Shown: positions 26,261 to 40,300 of the stretch, piece by piece
Layout of the letters: each line of letters opens with the position of its first letter
Numbering within the stretch: the stretch's first letter is position 1
Assembly: GCF_006345805.1 (NCBI RefSeq)
Contig: NW_021833614.1
Span: forward strand, 1 to 64,000
Direction of reading: 5' to 3'
Length of the DNA stretch: 64,000 nucleotides
DNA from: Octopus sinensis
Taxonomy: Eukaryota
The notes under the pieces: model-generated
The model's input: only the letters and a program-made list of their open reading frames with translations
What the model was told of the DNA's origin: nothing
Databases searched by the model: none
Position numbers and translations under genes: made by a program

Positions 26261-27430
26261 AAGAAAGATAGAAGGAAAGAAAAGAAGAGATGAAAACCTC
26301 TTTTGCTTGAGATTTTAGTCTGTACACACATCAAGCTTCACAGGTTTTAGCTTAACGTAAGACGCTATCGGCGAAGTGGAAACGTTTTCAGAGCTCTCAC
26401 TCGAATCACGCTGCTCTTTCAGTTTATATTGCTTCCATTCTGAGTTCTAATTCAACTACCGTCAAGTTTTCTCCCTTTTTTTTCTCCCATCAAGTTTTCT
26501 CTCATTTTCTTGAGGCAATAATATAAAATCCAAGAGTAGGGAACTGGTGGAATCATAAGAACTTCTCCCAGAATACCTTATAGTGTTTGTCCCACATTTT
26601 TTGTTCTTTTGGATATTTGGGTGGTATATTTAATTCATCACCTGGTGTATTATCGTCGAATGGCCCCAGAGTTTCATTCTTTTGCAAGCATTCTGACCAG
26701 GCTTCTGGTCTTTAGGATAACTTTCTCCTACAATTCTACTGGTCTCCGATGTCCTATGAAGAATAATAGTCACCGCCAACTTCCCTGAATAACAAATTTT
26801 GTTTTTGTAATGTTTTAATTAGTAATTGGAAGCTCGTTACATTACGAGCAGACAGCAGAAGAAATATTTGGAGAAAGAAATCCCATCAAGCATGTGTTTC
26901 GATCTGTTAGCTCCTGACACTTTAGACGAAGACCTAGGTCATGACTCCTAGATGTCATGCAGTTTTTGAAATGCATCTTTAGAGAAGATTGAACTCGGAA
27001 ACTTCGAGTGATCTTAGTTACCTGACCTGTGGTATGTATCACTCGAATACGAAAGCCACTGCAAGGATTTGCATCGTAGATCTATTTCAAACAGGGTTTC
27101 CTTCCAACTATGTTTACTGGCTTGCAGTATTTTTTTCAGCTCTAACTATCGGTTCTCTTTGCCCATTGCCTCATTGAACTCTTCTCAACTGTCTCTGACA
27201 ATCGTTTCGTCGTCACTGCTTTTTTCTGACTTTTTGATTTCGTTCTGACCTTGTAGTTGACCCATGGAGTCTGCAACATTCTTCGAGCTATTTTACAGAG
27301 CTTAAAAAAATTAAAGGACCGCTGCAAAAAGCGAGTGAATCTGAGAGAGGAATGTTTTGAATAAAATCATAATTAACTGATCTCCTGTATTTTTTTTTTG
27401 CTCAAAGCCAGAAACGTTTCAACAACCCTA

Positions 27431-27461
<31 letters not shown>

Positions 27462-27469
<8 letters not shown>

Positions 27470-28187
27470 ATGTTACATTACTCGGTAGTCAAGATAAAAC
27501 TCTGACTTTCAGATGCCGAAGTGGAAATCCACAACACCATCTCTTCGGTTATCTGGCTATTTGAAAACGTTATGAAAAAATACCGTTAAAAATGAAGGGA
27601 AATTACTCTGTTATAACTCTGCTTTGCCTGCGTACTTATACATCGCTCGCATTTTTCGTCATAAAAATTATATAAAAATACATAAAAATATATAAAAATA
27701 TATAAAAATATATAAAATCTTCTTGGGACATAACACAGAAAGCATGTTCTATCCGTTTTCTATAGGGGACCAAAAACGTAACAGAAATTTAGTCACATGT
27801 GGGCATGATCCGAAAAGCTCTGTCCTTGTATTTAGACATAGAGCTTTTCGGATCATGCCCACATGTGACTAAATTTCTGTTACGTTTTTGGTCCCCTAAG
27901 AAACGGATAGAACATGCTTTCTGTGTTATGTCCCAAGAAGATTTTATATATTTTTATATATTTTTATGTATTTTTATATAATTTTTATGACGAAAAATGC
28001 GAGCGATGTATAAGTACGCAGGCAAAGCAGAGTTATAACAGAGTAATTTCCCTTCATTTTTAACGGTATTTTTTCATAACGTTTTCAAATAGCCAGATAA
28101 CCGAAGAGATGGTGTTGTGGATTTCCACTTCGGCATCTGAAAGTCAGAGTTTTATCTTGACTACCGAGTAATGTAACATATTGTATA
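27462..28187. repeat. 726-bp near-perfect inverted repeat (foldback element or inverted duplication)
   Basis: Left arm 27462-27821 (360 bp) and right arm 27840-28187 (348 bp) with an 18-nt spacer. Arms differ only by one 10-bp TATAAAAATA unit and a small local change near CCGTTTTCTATAGGGG. Confidence 0.95.
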
Positions 28188-28253
28188 GATAAATTTCCTC
28201 TATTTACATAATATTGAGGTCTCTTTCTTTCTTTTGTTATCTTACCGTTTTAT

Positions 28254-28294
<41 letters not shown>

Positions 28295-28298
<4 letters not shown>

Positions 28299-28480
28299 AT
28301 CCAAACAAGAAAACAAAAACAAAAAAACAACGCAAGGACGTGGAACAAATAAAGTATTATTGGACGCTCAGGAAAGAAGGGAAGAAGGAGGGTTTGACGT
28401 TTCGAGCGGAGCTCTTCGTCGGAAACATAGGAGCAGGAAAGATCCCGAGAAGGGAAGACAGGGGAAACAAATCGCTAGTG
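28295..28480 (-). mobile_element. Non-autonomous Penelope-type repeat, copy 2
   Basis: Second copy of the 2575-2760 repeat. Both start right after a (TA)n tract. Confidence 0.6.
28392..28426 (-). ncRNA. Minimal type I hammerhead-ribozyme-like motif (U4C variant) in a Penelope-type repeat
   Basis: Minus strand GTTT-CCGACGA-A-GAGC(TCC)GCTC-GAAA-CGTC-AAAC: stem I, core, stem II, GAAA, palindromic ACGT stem III, GUC triplet. Confidence 0.55.
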
Positions 28481-28859
28481 ATACAGACGAGGTCGAGCAA
28501 AACGCCCCCCGTCTAATGGACGGTGCTGAGTTGTCAAACATTTAAACCAAATTTTCTCAAAACAACTTGTTCGACCGTCCCATAGGCCTTCCCTTTGAAA
28601 AACTGATTTAACCTAAATTTGACATCAGCAAAAGAAGAAATAAAGATAGACTTCTTCCTATTCCAAAGAAAAACGATTTTATTCACACAAAAATGCAACG
28701 GAAGAGTTTAAAGTACCAGTAATGATAAGGCTGTTGACTGGGAGAATACAAACATGGTAGAAACAGTAAGCCTTTAAGCAGTACAAAAACAACAGAAAAT
28801 GGAAGGTGCAGTTATCTACAGGTTGGCGGAAGAAAAGCAGGAAAAAAACAGCTTTATCT

Positions 28860-29022
28860 ATCGCATTCTCACCTGGAATCGATTTTTGTAATGTAATATA
28901 TACACGCCCCGATACCGTCGGTATCAGCATATCAAATTTGAGCGCAATCGGATGGAGGATGCCTGAGATTCGAGAAGACACACACAGAGACAGACAGACA
29001 GAACGGATTTTATAGAAGAGAT
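28860..29022 (+). mobile_element. Possible non-autonomous Helitron/Helentron-like 3' end
   Basis: CAAATTTGAGCGCAATCGG..(GACA)n..TTTTATAGAAGAGAT layout resembles Lep1/DINE-1-type ends. Pattern resemblance only. Confidence 0.3.
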
Positions 29023-29044
29023 ATGCACAGGGTTTTTGAAAGAC

Positions 29045-29271
29045 TTAACCGGTTTCACAAATGTCTCTGATTTTTAAAAGTTGAGAGAAAAAGACATGGA
29101 GCTATGCTGCAACTGTTTGCTTTTTATTGGAATTCAAAAACGTGGGTCATGTTTTCTCATTAAAAAAAAGATCCTGTTTCAATTCCAATCAGGTACAACG
29201 CAGTTGCAGCGTAGTTCGACTTCTTTCTCTCTCAACTTTTGGAAATCAGAGAAACCCGTGAAAACGGTTAA
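29045..29271. mobile_element. Degenerate foldback MITE-like element
   Basis: AACCGGTTTCAC..AAAAGTTGAGAGA..GCTGCAACTG is mirrored by CAGTTGCAGC..TCTCTCAACTTTT..GTGAAAACGGTT. Roughly three-quarters identity by eye. Confidence 0.65.
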
Positions 29272-30279
29272 ATTTTTTAAAATTTAAAAATAAAAAATCT
29301 AAACGAATCACAGTACATTTTCAGCTTTTTTTTCTATATTTCAACCCGTGTTGAATAAAATAACTTAGTTATGTATGTGGATATGTGTGTGTGAATATGT
29401 GTGTGGATGTGTGTGTATATGGAGATGTGTGTATGTGTGAATGTGTGTGTGAAAATGTGTGTGTATGTGTATGTAAATGTGTGCGAAATTGTGTGTATAT
29501 GTGTGTGAATGCGTGTGCGAAATTGTGTGCGTGTATGTGTGTATGTGTGTGTTTATAAATGCATGTATGCATATAGCAACTTAGATTGAAACACGATACA
29601 TTTGAATATGAATGCCTCCTAGTATTTAGACCTTCCTTGGTTGTTTTTCTTTCTATGCGAGTACCCACTGCGCAGTTCCATCTTTAGAGGGACCGACGAA
29701 ATATGTGCGACAAAAAGGGTTTGATATAAGCAACAACAAAGAAACGCTTTGAAGTGGATGCCCCAGTATGGCCGCCAACCTGTGAGTGAAACTAGTGAAG
29801 GGTAGAAGAATAACCAACTGTATCACCTGCAGTGAGTACCGGAAATGGTGACGCCGAAAACCCGGAAACATGGGTGGTATGAAGAAAAAAAAATGATTGA
29901 TGCGTTTGGAGAAGGAGGGAGAGAGAGAGGGAGGCAGTAATAAGGATATGTAGAGGGTGGAGAGAGAGATACAAGAGAAAGAGAAGGAGGGAGAAGTTGA
30001 GAGAGTGGATGAGAGAGCGAGAGAATAGGGGTGATGGAGAGACAGTGAAAGAAGTGAGTCTTAAAGTCCAAATGACTACCACCGGAAGGGTGGTTGTTTA
30101 TAAGTAGATTAGCCGTGACCGGATAAACAGGTCTGGGTGGATCGCTAGAGGATTGAACCTCTTGACGGTTTTTCTAGAGCAGGGTACTACACAAAGTTTC
30201 TTATTTGATCTGGTTAAAGATTTACGGAGATGTACTTGCATAGCAAGTGATTTGATCTGAGATCGTGTGCTGAAACGAA

Positions 30280-30512
30280 AACAATTGCAGCGTGGAAGGT
30301 GTTTGTAAGCCATTTAAGAAACACACAAAAGCCGTTCGATTCACTTCAACATTTAAGTTTAACTTCTCAAATTATTTTCGACCTGTTGAACAGATCGCGG
30401 TCTTAAAGCGACGAAAATATTTTGACAAATTAAACTTAAATGTTGAAGTGAATCGAACGGCTTTTGTGTGTTTCTTAAATGGCTTACAAACACCTTCCAC
30501 GCTGCAATTGTT
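30280..30512. mobile_element. 233-bp hairpin MITE-like element
   Basis: 83-bp perfect inverted arms (30280-30362 / 30430-30512), plus further inner pairing TCAAATTATTTTCG / CGAAAATATTTTGA. Confidence 0.8.
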
Positions 30513-30749
30513 CTGGTTAAAGAGTTGTGGGAAAAAAACTGTACGGAAAGGCGTAACGTCACATTTGAATCAGACATGGGTGATGTATGGATGTATCGTT
30601 CGTATATCTTTTATTTTATTTTTTATCTTTTAGTCGTTTAATTCATTAGACTGCGGTCATGCTGGAGTACCGCTTTGAAGAATTTTAGTCGAACAAATCG
30701 ATCTCAGTACTTTTTTTTAAGCCTGGTACTTGTCCTATCGGTCTTTTTG

Positions 30750-31550
30750 TTGAAATGTAAGAAGAACTGCTGAGCAGCAAGAAGGAAACCACTTCTTCAA
30801 CAAACCAATATCAAGAGATTGGGCCACTGAGATGATGGAGGGGTCACTAATATGAACACTGTCACATTCTCTGATGAGTCCAGATTTGCTGTATTTTCTG
30901 ACAGTGATCAAGTGTTGGTCTGGAGACTCTGTGGTCAAGAATTTGATGTGAAAAGATTGCAGCTAACACTGAAACACGGCAGCTATTCTGTGACGATCTG
31001 GGACCAATTTGGAGTAATGGTTGATCAGAACTGGTGGAGTGTGAGGGAAACATAAACTCAAATAAATATGTGTCTCTATTGCAGAAGGGATTCCTCCCAA
31101 TCTTCTCCAGTGGTGAAATGATTAAAGAAGACTCATTATTTATGGGAGATGGAGCTTCATGTCACACGGCTAAAAAGTCACAAGATTGGTTGGAAGAGAA
31201 TGGCATTAAGGAGCTTCGATTGCCAAGCGAGTCACTAGGTATGAATCCCATTGAACACATCTGGGGCATAGTGGACAGGACACTTCGTAAAAAGAACAAG
31301 GAAACATCTTCAAATCCAGATCTTTTGATATTACTGCATGAAACTTGGCAAGAAATTCCTGAAGAGAATATTCGTCATCTGATCAGTAACACGCCTAATT
31401 GAGTCCTTGCACAGAAAGACATAAATGGCATGTCTACGAAATATTAGATATTCACATTTTAATTATCAATAAATAATTTGAATCTATAATTTCAGATTTA
31501 AATAAATTTTAGCGATTATAAGGGTGTCTATTTTACTCCTGTTATGTCTG
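30750..31550 (+). mobile_element. Tc1-family DNA transposon, 5'-truncated, decayed DD34E transposase and right TIR
   Basis: AARRKPLLQQTNIKRL, VTFSDESRF, FMGDGASCH..MNPIEHIW with 34 residues between D and E. AATAAA signals. End reads ..TTATGTCTG|TA (reverse complement starts CAG, TA target). Confidence 0.9.
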
Positions 31551-32318
31551 TATATGAGTGTGTGCGTGTATGTGTGTGTGTGTGTGTACATGTGTGTGCG
31601 CACGCGCGTATGTATATATAAGTGTGTGTACGTATGATAGATCGTTAGCTCCTACACGCAATTTTTTCTCTCCTTTTTTCTCTCCTTGTTTCTCTCTTTG
31701 TTTTTTTCTGTGTATCTTTCTGTCAAAGAGCGTAGACTCGAAAAGTAAAATACTTTTTCTATTCCTGAGCGCTATACTAATAAATTTGTTTGTTTGTACT
31801 CCACCTGTCTTCGTCTTTTGTTTATTTTCGTAAACTTTCCCTATGTATGTATATATATATATATATAAGCAAAAATATTCGAATTTTTACATTCACAGTA
31901 AGATATTAGTATCATCTGTGGCGAAGATTTCTGTTATTTCCTGTTATTTTCTATTATTTTGGTGCCTTGCGGCGGTTGAATTAAGACTTCAGCTCTTAGT
32001 TCTAAATAGGCTGATGCTTTCTTGCATCCTTATTCTTCGTGCTAATTTCAAATTACACACACACACACACATATGAAGACATCCACCCGAACTGAACTAA
32101 CGGCAGAATCTCTCAATAGAGCGAAACTGATATGTAACCCCCACGTACTTAAAAGCATATTATGCCACCTGAGGAGCCTTCTTTGTAGTGTGCGTTGCAT
32201 CTGGTGTTATTGCATCGTTCCACGCCCACAAGGGAGGAGCAGGGATCATGAAAAGACGAAAGAATTGCTGCGACAATAAATTGGTTTATGGTGCACTCAG
32301 TGTTTATATGTACATAAG

Positions 32319-32399
<81 letters not shown>

Positions 32400-32404
32400 G
32401 TATA

Positions 32405-32448
<44 letters not shown>

Positions 32449-32510
32449 CATATATATATATATAATACATATATATATATATATAATATATATATACTAT
32501 ATATATATAC

Positions 32511-32589
<79 letters not shown>

Positions 32590-32592
<3 letters not shown>

Positions 32593-32798
32593 GAGTGGCT
32601 GTGTGGTAAGTAGTTGCTTGCCAACCACATGGTTCCGGGTTCAGTCCCACTGCATGGCACCTTGGGCAAGTGTCTTCTACTATAGCCTCAGGCCGACCAA
32701 AGCCATGTGAGTTGATTTGGTAGACGGAAACTGAAAGAAGCCTGACGTATATATGTATATATGTATATATATATATATATAATATATATATATATGTG

Positions 32799-32834
<36 letters not shown>

Positions 32835-33021
32835 CTGTGTTTGTGTGTCTGTGTTTGTCTCACTAGCATTGCTTGACAACCGATGGTGGTGTGTTTATGT
32901 CCCCATTACTTAGCGGTTCGGCAAAAAGCTTACAAAGCCCCGGGTTCGAGTTGCTCGATTAAAGGCGGTGCTCCAGCATGGCCGCAGTCAAATGACTGAA
33001 ACAAGTAAAAGAGTAAAAGAG
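32590..33021 (+). mobile_element. SINE family A copy
   Basis: AGGAGTGGCTGTGTGGTAAG..GAAACAAGTAAAAGAGTAAAAGAG. Confidence 0.85.
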
Positions 33022-33034
33022 TATATGTATATAC

Positions 33035-33076
<42 letters not shown>

Positions 33077-33720
33077 GGGCGCAAATTCCGCCGAGGTCGA
33101 CTTTGCCTTTCATCTTTTTGGGGTCGATAAATAAAGTACCAGTTTCGAACTGGGGCCAATGTAATCTACTTAATCCGTTTGTATGTCCTTGTTTGTCCTC
33201 TCTATGTTTAGCCCTTGTGAGCAGAAAAGAAATATATATATATATACATATATCTATATACGACGTGCTTCTTTCAGTTTCCTTCTTCAAAGTCCACTCA
33301 CAAGGCTTGGTTGCCCTAATGCTGTTGTCGAGGACACTGAACTCAGAACCACGTGATTGGGAAACAAAATTCTTACCACAATCATGCCTCCGCTTATATA
33401 TTACGTCGGTACATGCGTGTTTGTGTGTATGTACGCGTATGCATGCGTGTGTATATGTTTGTGTGTATACGTATGTATATGTGTGTTTGTATGCATATGT
33501 ATATATCTACTTCTATACATGTGTGTGTATGTATGCTTAAGTCTATGTATCTATTTCTATATGTATGTATATTTACGTGTTTGCATGTATGTGTATATAT
33601 GCACGCATATGTTTGTATATGTGCGTGTTACTATTTGAGTGAATGTTTATACGTGTATGTAAGAATATTTGAATGTGTGAACATATTAGTGCGTGCGTAT
33701 GTGTCTGAGCGCATTAGTGT

Positions 33721-33759
<39 letters not shown>

Positions 33760-34307
33760 TGAGAGAGATAGAGAGAGAGGGAGAGAGAATGACGATCTTT
33801 CCAGAAAGGTCTCTCACTGTGTGACTTTGAATACTTTCTTCTTAATCATTCCTCAAAGACATTTCATTTTGATCTGATGTTCTTTTATTTATTTTTCATT
33901 TTATTTATTTATTTATTTATTCATTTATGTTGCGAGGCTAGAAACATTTGTTGTTGTTGTTGTTGTTTTTGCTGTTATTCCAACAAATATGCTGGTACCT
34001 CCTACTAAATACTTTTAAATAGCCAACCCCCTTCTTCCTAATTTTTCATTTCTGCTGGTAATGAGAAACTCAACACCGAACCAATCTTGAGACCACAACC
34101 ACAACCGCCACCACCACAACCATCACCACCACAACTACCAACATTATATTCACCCCCTCCCACTACAAACAACAAGAAGCAGCCAACTAACCTCGCTCAA
34201 AAAATTTATCTCCAGCAGCCTCTGAAAATTACTAGAAGCTTTTAAGTTTAATAGCAATGTCGACGCCAAGTATAAATATATATTATATATGCTATGCTAT
34301 GCTATGC

Positions 34308-37300
34308 GATGGATGTATGGATGGATGGATGGATGGATGAATGGTTGAATGGTTGGATGGATAGATGGATGAATGGATGGATGGATGGATGGGTGGATGG
34401 ATGGTTGAATGGGTGGATTGATAGATGGATGGATGGATGGATGGGTGGATGGATGGTTGAATGGGTGGATTGATAGATGGATGGATGGATGGATGAATGG
34501 GTGGATGGATGGATGGATGGATGGATGGATAGGTAGATGGATGGATGGGTGGATGGATGGATGGATGGATGGATGGATGGATGGATGGATGGGTGGATGG
34601 ATGGTTGAATGGGTGGATGGATGGATGGATGGATGGATGGCTGAATGTGTGATTGGATGGATAGATGGGTGGATGGGTATATGGATGGATGGATGTGTGG
34701 GTGGATGGATGGATGGTTGAATAAGTGGATGGATATATGGTTGAATGGGTGGATGGATGGTTGAATGGGAGGATGGATGTGTGGATGGGTGGGTGGATGA
34801 ATGGATGTATTGGGTGGATGGATGGATGGATGGATGAATGGTGAATGGGTGGAGGGATGGATGGATGGATGGAGGATGAATGGATGGATGGATGGGTGGA
34901 TGGATGGTTGAATGGGTATGGATAGATAGATGTGTGGATGGGTATATGGATGGATGGATGTGTGGGTAGATGGATGGATGGTTGAATAAGTGGATGGATG
35001 TATGGTTGAATGGGTGGATGGATGGATGGATGGGTGGATGGATGGTTGAATGGGTGGATGGATGGTTGAATGGGTGGATGGTTGGATAGATGGGTGGATG
35101 GGTATATGGATGGATGGATGTGTGGGTGGAAGGATGGATGGTGAATAAGTGGATGGATGGAAGTATGGTTGAAGGGTGGATTGATAGATGGATGGATGGA
35201 TGGATGAAGGTGGATGGATGGATGGATGGATGGATGGATAGGTAGATGGATGGATGGGTGGATGGATGGATGGATGGGTGGATGGATGGATGGATGGATG
35301 GATGGATGGATGGATGGTTGAATGGGTGGATGGATGGATGGATGGATGGATGGCTGAATGGGTGATTGGATGGATAGATGGGTGGATGGGTATATGGATG
35401 GATGGATGTGTGGGTGGATGGATGGATGGTTGAATAAGTGGATGGATATATGGTTGAATGGGTGGATGGATGGTTGAATGGGAGGATGGATGTGTGGATG
35501 GGTGGGTGGATGAATGGATGTATTGGGTGGATGGATGGATGGATGGATGAATGGTTGAATGGGTGGAGGGATGGATGGATGGATGGAGGATGAATGGATG
35601 GATGGATGGGTGGATGGATGGTTGAATGGGTATGGATGGATAGATGTGTGGATGGGTATATGGATGGATGGATGTGTGGGTAGATGGATGGATGGTTGAA
35701 TAAGTGGATGGATGTATGGTTGAATGGGTGGATGGATGGATGGATGGGTGGATGGATGGTTGAATGGGTGGATGGTTGGATAGATGGGTGGATGGGTATA
35801 TGGATGGATGGATGGATGGGTGGATGGATTGGTGGATGGATGGATGGTGGGTGGAAGGATGGATGGTTGAATAAGTGGATGGATGGAAGTATGGTTGAAT
35901 GGGTGGAGGGATGGATGGAGGGGTGGATGGATGGGTGGATGGATGGGTGGGTGGATGGGTGGATGGATTGGTGGATGGATGGATGGATTGGTGGATGGAT
36001 GGTTGGATGCATTGGTGGATGGATGGATGGGTGAATGGATGGATGGATGGATTTGTGGATGGATGGTTCAATGGGTGGATGGATGGTTGAATGGGAGGAT
36101 GGACGGAAGGATGGATGGGGGATGGATGGATGGATGGATTGGGTGGATGGATGGATTGGTGGATGGATGGATTGGTGGATGGATGGTTGAATGGGTGGAT
36201 GGATAATTGAATAGGAGGATGGATGGATGGATGGATGGTGGGTGGATGGATGGATGGATGGATTGGGTGGATGGATGGATGGAGGGATGGATGAATGAAT
36301 GGTTGAATGGGTGGATGGATGGATGGATGGATGGATGGATGAATGGATGGATGGATGGATGGGTGGATGGATGGTTGAATGGGTGGATTGATGGATGGAT
36401 TGATGGAAGGATGGGTGGATGGATGGATGGATGGATTGGTAGGTGGATGGATAGATAGATGGATAGGTGGATGGATGGATGAATTGGGGATGGATGGATG
36501 GATGGATGAATGGATGGATGGGTGGATAGATGGATGGATGGATGGATGGATGGGTGGATGGATGGATGGATGGATTGGGTGGATGGATGGATGGATGGAA
36601 GGATGGAAGGATGGATGAATGGTTGAATGGGTGGATGGATGGATAGATGGATGGGTGAATGGATGGATGGATGGATGGGTGGATGGATGGTTGAATGGGG
36701 GGATTGAAGGATGGATGGATGGGTGGATGGATGGTTGGATGGATGGATAGGTCAAAGGATGTATGGATGGGTGGATGGATGGATGAATTGGTGGATGGAT
36801 GGATGGATGGGTGGATGGATGGATGGATGAATGGTTGAATGGGTGGATGGATGGATGGATGGATGAGTGGATGGATGTATGGATGGATGTGTGGGTGGAT
36901 GGATGGAATGTTGAATGGGTGGATGGATGGATGGATGGATGGATGGTTGAATGGATGGATGGATGGAAGGATGGATGGAGGGGTGGATGGATGGATGGGT
37001 GGATGGATGGATGGGTGGATGGGTGGATGGATGGATGGATGGATGGATGAATGGGTGTGTGGATGGATGGATGGATGGATGGTTGAATGGGTGGATGGAT
37101 GGATGGATGAATGGGTGGATGGATGGATGGATGGATGGATGGTGGGTGGATGGATGGATGGATGGATTGGTGGATGGATGGATGGAGGATGGATGAATGA
37201 ATGTTGAATGGTGGATGGATGGATGGATGGATGGATGGATGGATGATGGATGGATGGGTGGATGGATGGTTGAATGGGTGGATTGATGGATGGATTGATG

Positions 37301-40300
37301 GAGGATGGGTGGATGGATGGATGGATGGATTGGTAGGTGGATGGATAGATAGATGGATAGGTGGATGGATGGATGAATTGGGGATGGATGGAATGGATGG
37401 TAATGGATGGATGGGTGGCTAGATAGATGGATGGATGGATGGATGGATGGGTGGATGGATGGATGGAGGTTGGGTGGGTATGGATGGATGGATGGAAGGA
37501 TGGAAGGATGGATAATGGTTGAATGGGTTGATGGATGTAGATGGATGGTGAATGATGGATGGATGGATGGGTGGATGGATGGTTGAATGGGGGGATTGCA
37601 GATGGATGGGGAGGGGTGGATGGATGGTTGGATGGATGGATAGGTCAAAGATGTATGGATGGGTGGATGGATGGATGAATTGGTGGATGGATGGATTGAT
37701 GGGTGGATGGATGGATGGATGAATGGTTGAATGGGTGGATGATGGATGGATGGATGAGTGGATGGATGGATGGATGGATGTGTGGTGTGGATGGAATGTG
37801 AATGGGTGGATGGATGGAATGGATGGATGCCATGGTTGAATGGATGGATGGATGGAAGGATGGATGGAGGGGTGGATGGATGGATGGGTGGATGGATGGA
37901 TGGGTGGATGGGTGGATGGATGGATGGATGGATGGATGAATGGGTGTGTGGATGGATGGATGGATGGATGGTTGAATGGGTGGATGGATGGATGGATGAA
38001 TGGGTGGATGGATGGATGGATGGGTGGATGGATGTATGGAAGGATTGGTGGATGGATGGTTGAATGGGTGAATGGTTGGTTGAATGGGAGGATGGATGGA
38101 TGGTGGATAGGTGGATGGATGGATAGATGGATAGGTGGATGGATGGATGAATTGTTGGATTGATGAATGGATGGATGGGTGGATGGATGGATGGATGAAT
38201 GGTTGAATGGCTGGATGGATGGATGGATGGACGGATGGGTGGATGGATGGATGGAACGATGCGTGGATGGATGGTTGAATGGGTGGATGGATGGATGGAT
38301 GGATGTTTGAATGGGTGGATGGATGGATAGATGGGTGGATGGTTATATGGATGGATGGATGTGTGGGTGGATGGATGGATGGTTGAATAAGTGGATGGAT
38401 GTATGTTTGAATGGGTGGTTGGATGGATGGATGGACGGGTGGATGGATGGATTGGTGGATGGATGGATGGATGGGTGGAAGGACGGATGGGTGGATGGAT
38501 TGGTGGATGGATGGATGGATTGGTGGATGGATGGATGGATTGGTGGACGGATGGATGGATGGGTGAATGGATGGGTGGATGGATGGTTGAATGGGAGGAG
38601 GGGGATGAATGGATGGATGGGTGACTGGATGGATGGATGGTTTGTGTGGAAGAATGGATAGATGGATGAAAGGTTGAATGGGTGGATGGATGGATGGATG
38701 GGTGAATGGATGGATGGATGGATGGGTGGATGGATGTTTGAATGGGTGGACTGATGGATGGATGGATGGATGTGTGGATGGAAGGATGGATGGATGGATA
38801 GGTGGATGGATGGATGGATTGGTGGATGGATGGATGAATTGGTGGATGAATGGATGGGTGGATGGATGGATGGATGGATGGATGAATGGTTGAATGGGTG
38901 GATGGATGGATGGATGAGTGGATGGATGGATGGTTGGATGGGTGGATGGATGGATGGATGGATGGCTGGATGGTTGAATGGGTGGATGGATGGGAGGATG
39001 GATGGATGGATGGATGGGTGGATGGAGGGATGGATGGATGGATGGATGGATGTATAGGTGGATGGATGGATAGATGTATAGGTGGATGGATGGATGAATT
39101 GGTTGATGGATGGATGGATGGATGGGTGGATGGATGGATGGATGGATGAATGGTTGAATAGGTGGATGGATGGGTGGATGGATGGATGGATGGGTGGATG
39201 GATGGATGGATGGGTGGATGGATGGTTGAATGGGTGGATGGATGGATGCATGGATGGATGGTTGAATGGGTGGATGTAAGGGTGGATGGATGGATGGGTG
39301 GATGGATGGATGGATGTATTGATGGATGGGTGGATGGATGGATGGATGGTTGGATGGATGGATGGATGGATGGGTGGGTGGTGGATGTATGGTTGAATGG
39401 GTGGATGGATGGATGGATGGATGGATGGGTGGATGGATGGTTAAATGGTTGGATGGATGGATGGCTGGATGGCTGGATGGATGGATGGATGGATGGGTGG
39501 ATGGATGGATAGATGGGTGGATGGATGGATGGATGGGTGGATGGATGTGTGAATGGATGGATGGATAGATGGCTGGATGGTTGAATGGGTGGATGGATGG
39601 ATGGCTGGATGGATGTATAGGTTGATGGATGGATAGATGGATAGGTGGATGGATGCATGAATTGGTGGATGGATGGGTGGATGGATGGGTGGATGGATGG
39701 GTGGATGGGTGGAAGGATGGATTGATGGATGGGTGGATGGATAGTTGAATGGGTGGATGGATGGATAGATGGATGGATGGTTGAATGGTTGGATGGATGG
39801 ATAGATGGGTAGATGGGTTTATGGATGGATGTGTGGGTGGATGGATGGATGGTTGAATAAGTGGATGGATGGATATATGGTTGAATGGGTGGATGGATGG
39901 ATGGATGGAGGAGTGGATGGATGGAGGAGTGGATGGATGGATGGGTGAATGGATGGGTGGATGGGTGGATGGATTGGTGGATGGATGGATGGATTGGTGG
40001 ATGGATGGATGGATTGGTGGATGGATGGGTGAATGGATTGATGGATGGATGGATGGATGGGTGGATGGATGTATGGATGGATTGGTTGATGGATGGTTGA
40101 ATGGGTGAATGGATGGTTGAATGGGAGGATGGATGGATGGATGGATGGATAGGTGGATGGATGGATAGATGGATAGGTGGATGGATGGATGAATGGTTGG
40201 ATGGATGGATAGATGGGTAGATGGGTTTATGGATGGATGTGTGGGTGGATGGATGGATGGTTCAATAAGTGGATGGATGGATCTATGGTTGAATGGGTGG

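Noticed and set aside
30871-30895. CTGATGAG as a hammerhead core
   Set aside because: It encodes the Tc1 SDESRF motif, with no stem II or GAAA downstream
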